Below are positions 28,725 through 38,307 of a stretch of DNA of 64,000 bases, piece by piece. The notes under the pieces were generated by a model. It ran no database searches and was not told where the DNA came from. It worked only from the letters and a program-made list of their open reading frames with translations. Source of the DNA: a virus (Duplodnaviria; Heunggongvirae; Uroviricota; Caudoviricetes); IMG/VR virus record IMGVR_UViG_3300020048_000033, positions 21,156 through 85,155 of that record. One strand, given 5' to 3'. Within the stretch, counting starts at the first letter, position 1; each line of letters opens with the position of its first letter. Made by a program: the position numbers and the translations under genes.

Positions 28725-28740
28725 AATAAAATCGGGCTGT

Positions 28741-28762
28741 ATATATTTTTATATACAGCTCA
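28741..28762 (+). terminator. stem-loop (GCTGTATATA-ttttt-TATATACAGC) immediately after the PTH2-like gene
   Basis: Perfect 10-bp inverted repeat with a T-rich loop. No downstream T-tract, so it may be a processing signal rather than an intrinsic terminator. Confidence 0.35.
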
Positions 28763-28767
28763 CATAA

Positions 28768-28839
28768 GCCCCTATGGTGAAGAGGTATCATTTCGGAATC
28801 TAAATCTGATAGTCGAAGGTTCGATTCCTTCTAGGGGCA
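28768..28839 (+). tRNA. suppressor-type tRNA, anticodon CUA (reads UAG amber)
   Basis: Acceptor GCCCCTA/TAGGGGC perfect, T-arm GAAGG-TTCGATT-CCTTC, anticodon stem TCGGA/TCTGA with 7-nt loop ATCTAAA (U33 and A37 present). Anticodon C-T-A at 28800-28802. Confidence 0.65.
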
Positions 28840-28999
28840 GATGGCTATGGACGCATAGAACGTAAAACAGTAACGCCTCTTAACAAAGCGTACCATACTG
28901 GTGCATTTAATTTGTTCGGAAGTATTGCATTTCCCAAAGAACTTATTATTAACGTAAGGCACAATCGTCTGCGGAGATTAACAGCAGAGAACATTAAGG

Positions 29000-29545
29000 G
29001 TGGTGATTCGAGGGCAAGGTTCCGACCACTCTGTTTTAAATAAAGAAACTTTTGAACTTATCTGGAAGTTTCTATATATTATATATGAATCTAAGGAATT
29101 GTTATTGGAACAAGAGATATCAATTGGGGAAGCTGAAATAATAAAGCAACTTGATTTGGAAAAAGTTGTTTATGAAACAGAAAAAACCTTCAAGAATTTT
29201 ACAGCACCAGATGGTCAACATTATACCTTTGATTTCTACTTACCGAATTCGGAAGTATTAATTGAATGTCAAGGACATCAGCACTATAAAGCGGCTACTA
29301 AAGACCCTAAAGAGGTTAAACGGTTTGATCGTACTGTTAAAAGAGATGACTTAAAAGTTCGTTGGTGTAAGGAACAAGGATACAAATTAATTTGTATAAA
29401 GTCTGGAAGATTAGCTCATTCAGAGATTTTGGGATTGCTTAAATACTATCCTGAGATGTTCTCAATTAAGAGATCCTCTGATTTTTATAGAAAATTAATT
29501 CGATTTATTCGACGGAAGTTTCCATTGTTTGTTAATATAATATGA
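29000..29545 (+). CDS. DUF559/Vsr-like PD-(D/E)xK endonuclease domain protein (true start probably internal)
   Basis: HYTFDFYLPNSEVLIECQGHQHY matches the DUF559 FDF...IE.DG..H motif. A class A promoter-like motif lies inside the annotated 5' end (29041-29090), so translation likely starts further downstream. Confidence 0.45.
   Translation: MVIRGQGSDHSVLNKETFELIWKFLYIIYESKELLLEQEISIGEAEIIKQLDLEKVVYETEKTFKNFTAPDGQHYTFDFYLPNSEVLIECQGHQHYKAATKDPKEVKRFDRTVKRDDLKVRWCKEQGYKLICIKSGRLAHSEILGLLKYYPEMFSIKRSSDFYRKLIRFIRRKFPLFVNII
29041..29090 (+). promoter_or_regulatory. class A promoter-like motif, divergent copy 3
   Basis: AAAGAAACTTTTGAACTTATCTGGAAGTTTCTATATATTATATATG. Confidence 0.4.
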
Positions 29546-29693
29546 GTACAGGTTGCTGTTGAACCATAAAATCATTTGAAGTTTTCCCCGTAAACATGGG
29601 GGTGTTTCTGTGACTCGATCTTCGAAGTTGAGTTAAATGAAAATAAATGGTGTCAACTTTCGGAGGTTCAAATCCTCCATTCCTGATTTTATT

Positions 29694-29778
29694 GGAGCGG
29701 TATGTTAGTGGCTATACAGGCGGCTTTGAATACCGTTTATACCGTGAGGTATCGTGAGTTCGAGTCTCACCCGCTCCG
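29694..29778 (+). tRNA. tRNA-Ser (anticodon UGA), class II
   Basis: Acceptor GGAGCGG/CCGCTCC perfect, anticodon loop TTTGAAT, variable-arm hairpin ATACC-GTGA-GGTAT, T-arm GTGAG-TTCGAGT-CTCAC. Confidence 0.6.
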
Positions 29779-29858
29779 TAGTTTATAACTAAAGGACATA
29801 ACTCTTTTAGAGTTACTTCTACTAATTAAGTATCTTTTTAATTGGTAGGTAGTCCGAA

Positions 29859-30548
29859 ATGGTATGTGAAAATTGTGAAAAAGAGTTTTTAGTAGAATTA
29901 GGTACTTCTAAAAGATTCTGTTCTATGTTTTGTTCAAGAGCTTATTCTAATAAGTTTGATAATAAAACTGAAACAAAATCTTGTGTTTGTATAGATTGTA
30001 AAACTACTTTTAATGTGAATAAAAGAGCAAATGCTAAAACGAGCCGGTGTGAAAAATGTAAAAACTTACATCTATCTCCCTCTAAGCTTAAAAGAAAAGA
30101 ACTTTGTAAACCCAAAGTTATAAAAGAAAGGAAAGTTTTATTTTGTCTATGTTGTGGAAAAGAGACAGGAATAACTAAGTATTGTGATTTACAATGCAAA
30201 AAAGAACTTTACCGTAAACTTAAATATGATTACTTTTTAAGTAATCCTAAGGAACTGCAAGTAGCCAGTTATATACCAAGAGTATTATTTTATAATATTT
30301 TTCTTAAAGAACAGCAGGGTTTATGTGATATTTGTGGATGTGGTACGATACATAATGAGAAACCTTTAGTATTTGTTTGTGATCATATTGATGGGGACGC
30401 AACACATAATACTAGGGATAATTTAAGGCTTATATGCTCTAACTGTGATAGTCAACTTCCTACTTTTAAGAGTAAGAATAAAAACTCTACACGCTCGGAT
30501 CTAAGAAAAAAGCAACTTATAAGTAAAATATTAAAAGATATTAAATAA
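29859..30548 (+). CDS. HNH endonuclease with N-terminal Cys-rich zinc-binding region
   Basis: VCDHIDGDATHNTRDNLRLICSNCDSQ is a paralog of the HNH motif of ORF 16213. Many CxxC pairs N-terminally. Confidence 0.6.
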   Translation: MVCENCEKEFLVELGTSKRFCSMFCSRAYSNKFDNKTETKSCVCIDCKTTFNVNKRANAKTSRCEKCKNLHLSPSKLKRKELCKPKVIKERKVLFCLCCGKETGITKYCDLQCKKELYRKLKYDYFLSNPKELQVASYIPRVLFYNIFLKEQQGLCDICGCGTIHNEKPLVFVCDHIDGDATHNTRDNLRLICSNCDSQLPTFKSKNKNSTRSDLRKKQLISKILKDIK

Positions 30549-30563
30549 TAATTAGGAGGCATA

Positions 30564-30800
30564 ATGAACTTTGTAGAAGCTTTAAAATTAGTAATGCAAG
30601 GAAAAAAAGTAATCTTGAAGAGCGTTCAGGATCAAGTAAATAAAATGGAGCTTAGAGGTCTATTATTTATTAGATTGTCTGACAATAAGGACTGCTTAGT
30701 TGCAGAATCTAAGCAAGGCTATATACAACCTTGGCCCTTTGAAGGTTGTACTAATCTTTTAAACTGGTATATAGCTGAAGATTGGATTGAAGTGGATTGA
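30564..30800 (+). CDS. hypothetical protein
   Basis: 78-aa ORF. Confidence 0.3.
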   Translation: MNFVEALKLVMQGKKVILKSVQDQVNKMELRGLLFIRLSDNKDCLVAESKQGYIQPWPFEGCTNLLNWYIAEDWIEVD

Positions 30801-30809
30801 AGTGGAGTG

Positions 30810-30843
30810 AAAGGTACCGTGGGTTCGAATCCCACCCGCTCCG
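30810..30843 (+). pseudogene. tRNA 3'-half fragment (T-arm GTGGG-TTCGAAT-CCCAC + acceptor strand CCGCTCC)
   Basis: Identical acceptor 3' strand to tRNA-Ser(UGA) at 29694. No 5' half is present. Confidence 0.35.
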
Positions 30844-31065
30844 TACATTAAAATGATATTTGATTCTTTAGTTTTATCTTAAAGACAAATACAGCGAGTA
30901 AAACACTATGAATTGGTGAATAGATTCGTCTATTTCCTTGGTTTTGACTTTACCTACAAACAAAAGTTGAGCGGTGGCTTTTCCATCGATGAGGTAAGAA
31001 CAACCAATAACAGAAATGTCGTGTTGGAATATCGGATACATTTTAAGTTGTCTTGTTTTCTTTGG

Positions 31066-31138
31066 GAAGTAGCTCATTGTGTAGAGTACCCTGCATTTGG
31101 TGGGGAGGTAGGTGGTTCAATTCCATCCTTTCCAATTT
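31066..31138 (+). ncRNA. tRNA-like element (T-arm GGTGG-TTCAATT-CCATC, acceptor TGGGAAG/CTTTCCA), anticodon arm not resolvable
   Basis: D-arm GCTC...GAGT and T-arm are canonical. The middle region does not fold into a standard anticodon stem. Confidence 0.3.
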
Positions 31139-31205
31139 CTTATTTCATTTTCAGTTTTCTCGACTAATTTAATAATCAGGTAATCTTGATTTAGGAGATT
31201 TATTT

Positions 31206-31484
31206 ATGGGAATTAATTTTGATGGTATGGAAGAGTTTGCCGATTCTTCTTGTTTTGGAGAAGCCAGACATCTTGCTTCTGAGTATCATGGCGGTCAGTG
31301 GTCTGACCTTTATAAGCTTTCCTGTGGAAAGTGGGATGCGTGGGAACGCTCAGATGTAGAAGGTATGATTCTTGAATTTGAAAAATGCAAAGAGTTTGCT
31401 TCTGCTGAGGATGAATCAAATATAGATGAAGCACTTGATTGCTTACTATCTGCACTTGAGTTTTATCCAGAGGAAGAAGAATAG
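31206..31484 (+). CDS. hypothetical acidic protein
   Basis: 92-aa ORF. Confidence 0.3.
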   Translation: MGINFDGMEEFADSSCFGEARHLASEYHGGQWSDLYKLSCGKWDAWERSDVEGMILEFEKCKEFASAEDESNIDEALDCLLSALEFYPEEEE

Positions 31485-31514
31485 TTTTTATTATAGTCAG
31501 AAGATTATATATTT

Positions 31515-32507
31515 TTGGAGGTGCTAATGCAAAATCGTTATGAAGAAACTTCGTCAATGGATACGAAGGCAATTGTGAAGTTGGTTAAGAAGGTAGCTAT
31601 TGGTTTGGGAATTATTCTCCTTGCCCTTATTCTTAATCCCGTTTCTTGTGTAGGAAAAAGTGAGAGAGGTATTAAACTTCGTCTCGGAGCAGTACAGGAT
31701 GGAGTTTTGTTGCCGGGTGTGGCACTTAAGATTCCGGTAATCGAGTCCATTGATACCTACAGCATTGTTCCTAACAAGGAGATAATTTCAATTCCTGTGG
31801 GAAACGAAGGGGCTATCACTACTGACAACCAAACAATTGGCGCAACCTTCGAGGTATACTGGAAATACAAAGATACTCGTATTGCAGAAATTGCTCGTGA
31901 ATACACGAACGCCCGTCTTACTGAACTTATCAGTACAAATACGAAAGCGGCAATTAAATCTACAATTGGTTCCTATACAATTTTTGATCTTGCCAGTAAG
32001 CAAACCATTATCACTTCTGGTGTACTTAATATTCTTAAAGAAAATACTGCTAAGTATCCTGTAGAAATCGTTGAAGTTCGTAATACAAACTATACATGGT
32101 CAGACGATTTTGATAAGGCAATTAAAGAAACCCAGAAGATGAAGCAGGAAGTATTGCAGAAGGAACAGGAAGTTTCAAAAGCAACCCTTGAGTTCTCCAA
32201 GCAGGTTGCAGAAGCAGATGCCAAGCGCAAGGTAACTGAAACCCAAGCAGAAGCAAAAATGAATGCAACTATTATTGAAGCTAGGGGAGCACTTGAATCT
32301 GCAAAGCTTAACAAGCAAGCGAAGATTGAAGAAGGTCTTGGTATTAAGTCATTCAATGAATCACTTGCCGCCAACCTTTCGACTGAACTTAAACTTCGTG
32401 AGTTGTCCAATGAACTTGCAAGGATTGAAAAGTGGGACGGAAAATATGTATCTGTTCAGAATTATACCCCTATCCCAATTCAACAGGGTTCACTTCTCGG
32501 AAAGTAA
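31515..32507 (+). CDS. SPFH/band-7 (prohibitin/HflK-like) domain protein with N-terminal TM helix and C-terminal coiled coil
   Basis: TM segment VAIGLGIILLALILNPV followed by an SPFH-like region (GIKLRLGAVQDGVLLPGVALKIPVIESIDTYSIVP...) and a long EQEV/AEAK coiled coil. Confidence 0.45.
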   Translation: MEVLMQNRYEETSSMDTKAIVKLVKKVAIGLGIILLALILNPVSCVGKSERGIKLRLGAVQDGVLLPGVALKIPVIESIDTYSIVPNKEIISIPVGNEGAITTDNQTIGATFEVYWKYKDTRIAEIAREYTNARLTELISTNTKAAIKSTIGSYTIFDLASKQTIITSGVLNILKENTAKYPVEIVEVRNTNYTWSDDFDKAIKETQKMKQEVLQKEQEVSKATLEFSKQVAEADAKRKVTETQAEAKMNATIIEARGALESAKLNKQAKIEEGLGIKSFNESLAANLSTELKLRELSNELARIEKWDGKYVSVQNYTPIPIQQGSLLGK

Positions 32508-32690
32508 ACACTTCTTAATTTAAGAAGATTAGGTTGATAAAGGTCAAATCTTTATCAACTTTTAGATTAAAGATTCTTACAGCAATTAAAATTACCCTTC
32601 AATGGATAACCATTTTTTAGAATCTTGTCTTCAAAAAGAATAAAAGGTCACACAGCAAACTAACAACACTTTAAATGTTAAAAACGAACT

Positions 32691-34214
32691 TTGTATTTTG
32701 GAGGAATTATTATGGAAACAGTAGCAAAATTTTTGAGGAACGTACCGGACTCAAAAACAGAAAATGGGGCAGATACTTTTAGTACGTCTCTTAATGCAAA
32801 TTTAGATTTATTTGCAATGGGTGGAGCACTTCGTTCACGTAGCGAAAGTGATGTAAAAGAACTTGTATTTAAAGCATTTATGGAAGATCCTAAATTGGCA
32901 ATAAAAAATCTTTTTCGAATTCGGGATGCTCGTGAGGGCTGTGGCGAGAGAAATACTTTCCGAATTGCTCTCAACAAACTCGGTAATGAGAAACTTTTTA
33001 AGACTTCGGTATTAGAAAACTTTCTTGGAAATACTGACAAGCTTCGTCTTATTGCAGAATACGGGCGTTGGGATGATCTATTTTCACTTTTTGGTACTCA
33101 GTATGAATCCAAAGTCTTCGCTCTGATTAAATCTCAATTGCTTGAAGATATAAGTGAAATGAATATCAAGGGTGAGAAAGCGAAGATTTCCCTTCTTGGT
33201 AAGTGGCTTCCTTCTATCAATGCTTCTAATGTGGAAACACGTAAGCTTGCATTTAAGATTGAAAAGGCTCTTGACTTAAATCATAAGACCTATCGTCAGA
33301 CACTTTCACGTCTTCGGGACCAGTTGAATGTTCTCGAAAGGAACATGTCAGCAAAAGACTATGACGCAATTGAATATCACAAGGTTCCTTCAATGGCTTT
33401 CTTAAAACACATGAAAGCATTCAAGACTCATGATGCCACAAAGTTTTCTAGCTTTATGGAAAAGGTAGCAAAGGGAGAAGCTAAGGTAAATACTGGTGTA
33501 CTTTTCCCTTCTGATATCGTCCACAAACTTACCGATGGAGACCCTTGGAATTGCAGAAGTACTCCAAGCTCAGAAGTTGCAGAACTCTCTTTGCTTTGGG
33601 ATAATCTTCCAAACTATTTGGGTGATGCCGGTGAGCAAGCCTTGGTAATCGCAGATACCTCTGGTTCTATGTCGGGTACACCGATTGAAGTAGCTCTATC
33701 TCTTGCAATGTATTATGCAGAACGTAATCTTGGCCCTTGGAAAGATTATTTCATCTCCTTCTCTGCAAGACCTACGTTGCAACACATCTCGGGTTCAAAC
33801 CTGCTTGAGAAGTTTAGAAATATGGCTAATACTGGATGGGACTCGAATACCAATGTTGAGTTGGCTTTCAAACTTATTCTTGATATCGCTATTAAGAATA
33901 AACTTACGCAGGATGAACTTCCTAAGAAGTTGTATATCGTTTCGGATATGGAATTTGATTCCTGCTGTGGTACCAACTATTCCAATGCAAAGGAATTGTT
34001 TGAAGCTCAGGGCTATAAACTTCCTACCGTTGTTTTCTGGAATGTAGATGCAAGAAGTGACCAAAGCCCTGTAAGGTTTGATGAACAGGGGACAATGTTG
34101 GTATCTGGGTATTCTGCATCCGTTTTCAGGAATCTTGTAGGTAAAGAGGAATGCACTCCGGTTTCTTTGATGCTTGAAGTTCTGAATGGACCTCGGTATA
34201 ACGATATTATTTAA
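32691..34214 (+). CDS. DUF2828 / TROVE-like + von Willebrand factor A (MIDAS) domain protein (Ro60-like architecture)
   Basis: C-terminal vWA MIDAS motif LVIADTSGSMSG. 507 aa. N-terminal region has a TROVE-like pattern. Overall architecture resembles Ro60/Rsr. Confidence 0.45.
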   Translation: MYFGGIIMETVAKFLRNVPDSKTENGADTFSTSLNANLDLFAMGGALRSRSESDVKELVFKAFMEDPKLAIKNLFRIRDAREGCGERNTFRIALNKLGNEKLFKTSVLENFLGNTDKLRLIAEYGRWDDLFSLFGTQYESKVFALIKSQLLEDISEMNIKGEKAKISLLGKWLPSINASNVETRKLAFKIEKALDLNHKTYRQTLSRLRDQLNVLERNMSAKDYDAIEYHKVPSMAFLKHMKAFKTHDATKFSSFMEKVAKGEAKVNTGVLFPSDIVHKLTDGDPWNCRSTPSSEVAELSLLWDNLPNYLGDAGEQALVIADTSGSMSGTPIEVALSLAMYYAERNLGPWKDYFISFSARPTLQHISGSNLLEKFRNMANTGWDSNTNVELAFKLILDIAIKNKLTQDELPKKLYIVSDMEFDSCCGTNYSNAKELFEAQGYKLPTVVFWNVDARSDQSPVRFDEQGTMLVSGYSASVFRNLVGKEECTPVSLMLEVLNGPRYNDII

Positions 34215-34279
34215 GAAATTAAATACAAGGACAGGCTGAAAAGCTTGTCCTTTTTATTTTAATGTGTTAATATAGTTGT

Positions 34280-36091
34280 ATGAGTAATTTAGAAAATAAA
34301 CAAAAAATAGAACAGCAATGTAAAGATTGGACAGCAAAGAATATAAGTCCTGAGTTTACCTTTAGGGAGCATCAACTGGAATACATCGTTGATGTTATCA
34401 TAGATATCCTTGAAGAGAATATAAAGACAAATGCTGTAGAAGCACCGACAGGTTCTGGTAAAAGTCTCATAGCAATAATCACTTGTGGTGTCCTTTGGAA
34501 TTACTATAATAAGCGTTCATATATTCTTGTATCAGATTTAGGTCTTATCGAACAATACACAAAAGATATAACAGATTATGGTTTGGACTGGGGAATAATT
34601 ATTGGGCAAGATAATTATAAGTGTACCAGAAATGATAATGTTTTTAGTCAAGGTGAATGTAAGCTGAACATGGTTCCGTATTATGTTTTACAAGACAATA
34701 AACTTTGCATAGGTGCAGGATATGATTGTGCATTTAATTGTAAATATATTCAAGCTAGAAAAAAAGCTATGAGTTCCCCTGTCACCTTAATGACCTATCA
34801 ATTCTTTTTAATCCAAAGAAATTATATTGCAAGTATTTCAGAAGAGGATAAAGAACCTTTTGGAAAACGAGATCTGGTAGTATGTGATGAAGCTCATAAG
34901 CTTAATGAAATAATTCAGTCCCAGTATTCTCCTGTCATAGATGACGAAAATGCTACCAAAATCGATATGCTATTAAAGTATGCGGAAGCATATGGGTTAT
35001 ATCCATCAGCAGAAACAATTGCTCAGTATAAGTTTAGAGATAAAGTATTTCCTGAACTTCATGATTTTGGAAAAGTTTCTAAACTTATTTCTACTCTAGA
35101 AGACACTCAGACAATTTATAATGCGCTTATAATTTATTTGAAACACTTAAATTATCTTGCAGATATAAATCAACAACTTCTTGATATAGTAAAAGAAAGC
35201 GACCCTGAGTTAAGGAAGACTTTCAAGAAACAATTATTTTTTGGGGCATGGGCAAATGAACTTCATAATAAGTTTAAAGATTATATTGAACTTATTGGGG
35301 AAGTTGGTCATAAGTATATCATAAAAAATGGAACACCAGAAAAGATAACCCTCAATTGTATTTATGAGGATAGAATGGTTGACAAGTATTTTCATAAAGT
35401 AAGTGGAAATGAATTATTGATGTCGGCAACTTTAGGTAATCCCGAGGTGTATAAGAGATCAATTGGTGCTTCAAACTTTAAGCATGTTAAGATTCCGAGT
35501 ACTTTTGATTTTACTAAGTCACCCATTTATTTTCTTAATAAATATAAGATGTCATATAAAGAGAAAGAAGCAAGTTTACCTCATGTTTGTAATCAGATAG
35601 AAAAGATTTGTAAAGGACATAAAAAACACAGAGGAATAATTCAAACAGGTTCGTATGATTTTATGCACAAGCTTTATAAGAGCTTATCTGTAGAAACAAA
35701 AAAACGTATCTTTATGTATTCTGAATCCTCAGAAAAAAATGATGTTCTTAAAAAGTTTAACAATAGTGAAAATGGTGTATTGATTGGACCTACCTTGCTT
35801 GAGGGCTTAAACTTTCCTGACAGTATGTGTAGATTTATCATTTGTATGAAACTTCCCTATGCCAGTTTAGGGGACAAATTAGTAAAAGCAAAGTTGAGTT
35901 ATCTTAAGGGCTGGTATGAAGCAAATGTTTGTTCTAAATTGGAGCAGGGTATTGGTAGAGGGGTTAGACATAAATCTGACTGGTGCATTACCTATATTTT
36001 GGATGCCTGTTTTAATGATATCCTAACCAGAAGTCGTACAAACCTTTCGAGTGAATCCCTTGCCAGAATAACTCTGATAGAAGAGTTGTGA
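34280..36091 (+). CDS. DinG/XPD (Rad3)-like superfamily 2 DNA helicase
   Basis: Walker A EAPTGSGKSL, DEAH box VVCDEAHKL, and C-terminal helicase motifs (GPTLLEGLNFPD ... GIGRGVRHKSDWC). Cys cluster in the N-lobe. Preceded by a GTTAATATA motif. Confidence 0.6.
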   Translation: MSNLENKQKIEQQCKDWTAKNISPEFTFREHQLEYIVDVIIDILEENIKTNAVEAPTGSGKSLIAIITCGVLWNYYNKRSYILVSDLGLIEQYTKDITDYGLDWGIIIGQDNYKCTRNDNVFSQGECKLNMVPYYVLQDNKLCIGAGYDCAFNCKYIQARKKAMSSPVTLMTYQFFLIQRNYIASISEEDKEPFGKRDLVVCDEAHKLNEIIQSQYSPVIDDENATKIDMLLKYAEAYGLYPSAETIAQYKFRDKVFPELHDFGKVSKLISTLEDTQTIYNALIIYLKHLNYLADINQQLLDIVKESDPELRKTFKKQLFFGAWANELHNKFKDYIELIGEVGHKYIIKNGTPEKITLNCIYEDRMVDKYFHKVSGNELLMSATLGNPEVYKRSIGASNFKHVKIPSTFDFTKSPIYFLNKYKMSYKEKEASLPHVCNQIEKICKGHKKHRGIIQTGSYDFMHKLYKSLSVETKKRIFMYSESSEKNDVLKKFNNSENGVLIGPTLLEGLNFPDSMCRFIICMKLPYASLGDKLVKAKLSYLKGWYEANVCSKLEQGIGRGVRHKSDWCITYILDACFNDILTRSRTNLSSESLARITLIEEL

Positions 36092-36132
36092 AATGTAGAA
36101 AGTTTTAAAATGTGACATACTAATTTAAGATT

Positions 36133-36537
36133 ATGGATGAATTAAAACAATTTCTAATCGACTCTGGATTCTATGGCTACATTAAACCCTCAATAATTAC
36201 CTTCACCCTTACAATGGGTGCTGTGTATGCGTCTGGGAGAATGTTGGATAAAGTTAAAACTAGACAAGGAAAAAACTCTGTAGCCTTATTGGTAATCATA
36301 GTTTTTGGACCACTCCTTACTATGGGTTTTATTCCTAAAGGAATAGAGGATAGCCTTATGATTGTCGGGATTGGTATTCTTTCTTATACACTTATTGGTA
36401 TGAGGTTGTTTAGTCGGGTAGATAAAATTCAGGATGCTAAGTTAGGGGAAGATGACCCTGATGAAGACCTTCCTGTGGTAGTTACAAAAGCTAAACCAAA
36501 AACTAGAAAGGTTCCGGTGAAAGCAAAAAAAACTTAA
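36133..36537 (+). CDS. hypothetical membrane protein with Lys-rich C-terminus
   Basis: Three predicted TM helices. Confidence 0.35.
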   Translation: MDELKQFLIDSGFYGYIKPSIITFTLTMGAVYASGRMLDKVKTRQGKNSVALLVIIVFGPLLTMGFIPKGIEDSLMIVGIGILSYTLIGMRLFSRVDKIQDAKLGEDDPDEDLPVVVTKAKPKTRKVPVKAKKT

Positions 36538-36564
36538 AGAATTAAGTTTAATTGGAGGTTAGTT

Positions 36565-36831
36565 ATGATTCGTGTCTCAAAAGTTATCAACATTAAAAAT
36601 GTTGCGGTTATTGCAAAATTCGAGAAGAAGTCTTTTGTGAAGATGTATTTTGGTCAAATGGGAATTAAGCTGTCAGGAACCGTCCCAAAAGAGATTTTTA
36701 ATGAGTTTTCTCAGGAATTTCATAAAGTGTATAATGTGTGGAAAGTACTTGATGCTTCTCGAAAAGCAACACCAGAAGACTTAGCAGTCAAAACTCTCGA
36801 AAGTTGGAAAAAATTATCAATAAAGTTTTGA
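36565..36831 (+). CDS. hypothetical protein (paralog of 36884-37141)
   Basis: Shared C-terminal ...VWKVLDASRKATPEDLAVKTLESWKKL vs ...VWEPTEEDYGVLSQKTLESWEKI. Confidence 0.35.
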   Translation: MIRVSKVINIKNVAVIAKFEKKSFVKMYFGQMGIKLSGTVPKEIFNEFSQEFHKVYNVWKVLDASRKATPEDLAVKTLESWKKLSIKF

Positions 36832-36866
36832 ACTTTTCCTGAATATCCTATATATTATATATGTTA
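36823..36866 (+). promoter_or_regulatory. class A promoter-like motif, copy 4
   Basis: AAAGTTTTGAACTTTTCCTGAATATCCTATATATTATATA between two paralogous genes. Confidence 0.5.
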
Positions 36867-36883
36867 TGATATAGGAGCACAAG

Positions 36884-37141
36884 ATGGTTAAAGTTACAAG
36901 AAAAGAGAATACTGCCTCAATCTGGACAAAAGCTCAATTCGATGATGGAACTTTTGTTAAAGTCACCATTAGCCCTCGTTCGGGAATAGTCATTTCTGGG
37001 ACATGTTCCGAAGAAACTTTTAAGACATATGCTAATTCCTTTACCAAGGTGCATGATGTATGGGAGCCTACCGAAGAGGATTATGGTGTTCTCTCTCAGA
37101 AAACTCTCGAAAGTTGGGAAAAAATAAAAATTCCTGCCTAA
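36884..37141 (+). CDS. hypothetical protein (paralog of 36565-36831)
   Basis: See the paralog. Confidence 0.35.
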   Translation: MVKVTRKENTASIWTKAQFDDGTFVKVTISPRSGIVISGTCSEETFKTYANSFTKVHDVWEPTEEDYGVLSQKTLESWEKIKIPA

Positions 37142-37263
37142 TCACTAATTCTCCTCAAATAAGACTTTCCTGTTAATCTATAATAGGAAGTCTTTTGTAA
37201 AGTCTCTGCTTCCACTAGTAAAGTGGATATAAATATCTGTGCATCAAAAAAAAGGGGAAACAT

Positions 37264-37461
37264 TTGCTACAAAACAAAACCGAATCAGCTCCCAAGCTAT
37301 TCCTTTCTTTCAATGATTCTTGTCCTTACTGTAAAAAACCAGTAACTCGGGCAACTACAACTTTTAAGAATTCTGATGGTGTCATGGTATATACCCATGA
37401 ATGCAATCAAACTTTCAATGAACTGGCAAATGGAAAACTTTGCACCAGTCTGGCACAGTGA
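37264..37461 (+). CDS. hypothetical small zinc-ribbon protein
   Basis: CPYC ... HECNQ pairs. Confidence 0.25.
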   Translation: MLQNKTESAPKLFLSFNDSCPYCKKPVTRATTTFKNSDGVMVYTHECNQTFNELANGKLCTSLAQ

Positions 37462-37511
37462 AAATCCCTCTTAGGAAGGGTTAACTATAATTCAAGTATT
37501 TCATAAAAAAC

Positions 37512-38051
37512 TTGAAAACAACATTTGGAGGTCTCACTATGAAGACTAAAATTGGAAAAGACACAGTGATTTTTGAGTATCTGCGCCGTGGAGCAGGGGA
37601 ACCCGATGATTTCGTTGACGAAAATGGAATTTCTTACTCCCGTGTTCGCTTTGCCACTGAACTCGATTCAACCGGAAAAATCGTACTCAAGTACGATGCA
37701 GACGGAAAACCCCTCACAGTTCGCAATCGTGGAAAAAAAGTCGGGGTAATCCTCGCTCTGAAAGACGGTCGCATTGGTTGGAGTCATCTCGATGATGAAG
37801 ACTATTTCATGACCTATCCCTTCGGTCTTATGTTCAACAAGACCTTCGCTATTGCCCTCGCATACAAGAACGCCTTCTTGAGCGAAGAGGAAAAAAAGGC
37901 TTCTCCTATTCCTACCAAGTTCCGGTACGATTACAAGTGCATGTTGGATCGTTCCTTCCGCTACTTCGGGAAGAATGAAGATAATGAAGACGGGGTTTAT
38001 CAGGAAGTAATTTCTGGAGTTATTTATAACGAACCCCAGACAAAGGCTTAA
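37512..38051 (+). CDS. hypothetical protein
   Basis: 179-aa ORF. Confidence 0.4.
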   Translation: MKTTFGGLTMKTKIGKDTVIFEYLRRGAGEPDDFVDENGISYSRVRFATELDSTGKIVLKYDADGKPLTVRNRGKKVGVILALKDGRIGWSHLDDEDYFMTYPFGLMFNKTFAIALAYKNAFLSEEEKKASPIPTKFRYDYKCMLDRSFRYFGKNEDNEDGVYQEVISGVIYNEPQTKA

Positions 38052-38307
38052 TTTCTAATGGGGCTGAGGGGGTAATTCCTCAGCTCCTACTATTACGATT
38101 GCTTGGTGGAATTGGTAGACACACCCCTATTAACTGGGGAGGTAGAAACGTGAAACGTAAAGAACTAAAATTTCTTTGGAGTAATTGACCATAGGAGGTT
38201 TTAGGTGATAACTAAAAACAGTTTCAAATATTTTATTAAGAACTATAGATAACTTAATGGGTATTCCATTTGAGGGTTCGATACCTTCAGCAGTCATTTT
38301 TTGTTTT

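Noticed and set aside
30765-30800. GAAGTGGATTGAAGTGGATTGAAG tandem resembling the CRISPR repeat handle GGAAGTGGATTGAAAC
   Set aside because: It lies inside the coding 3' end of ORF 30564-30800 (encodes ...EDWIEVD). No hairpin or promoter box precedes it. Treated as coincidental, although a 13-nt match is notable.
31538-32523. Several 70-106-aa ORFs on both strands inside the SPFH-domain gene (31515-32507)
   Set aside because: They are fully nested within, or antisense to, a longer well-supported ORF.
33703-34064. ORFs 33703-34047(+), 33746-33976(-), 33795-34064(-) inside the DUF2828-vWA gene
   Set aside because: Nested alternative-frame or antisense ORFs within a 507-aa gene with a conserved MIDAS motif.
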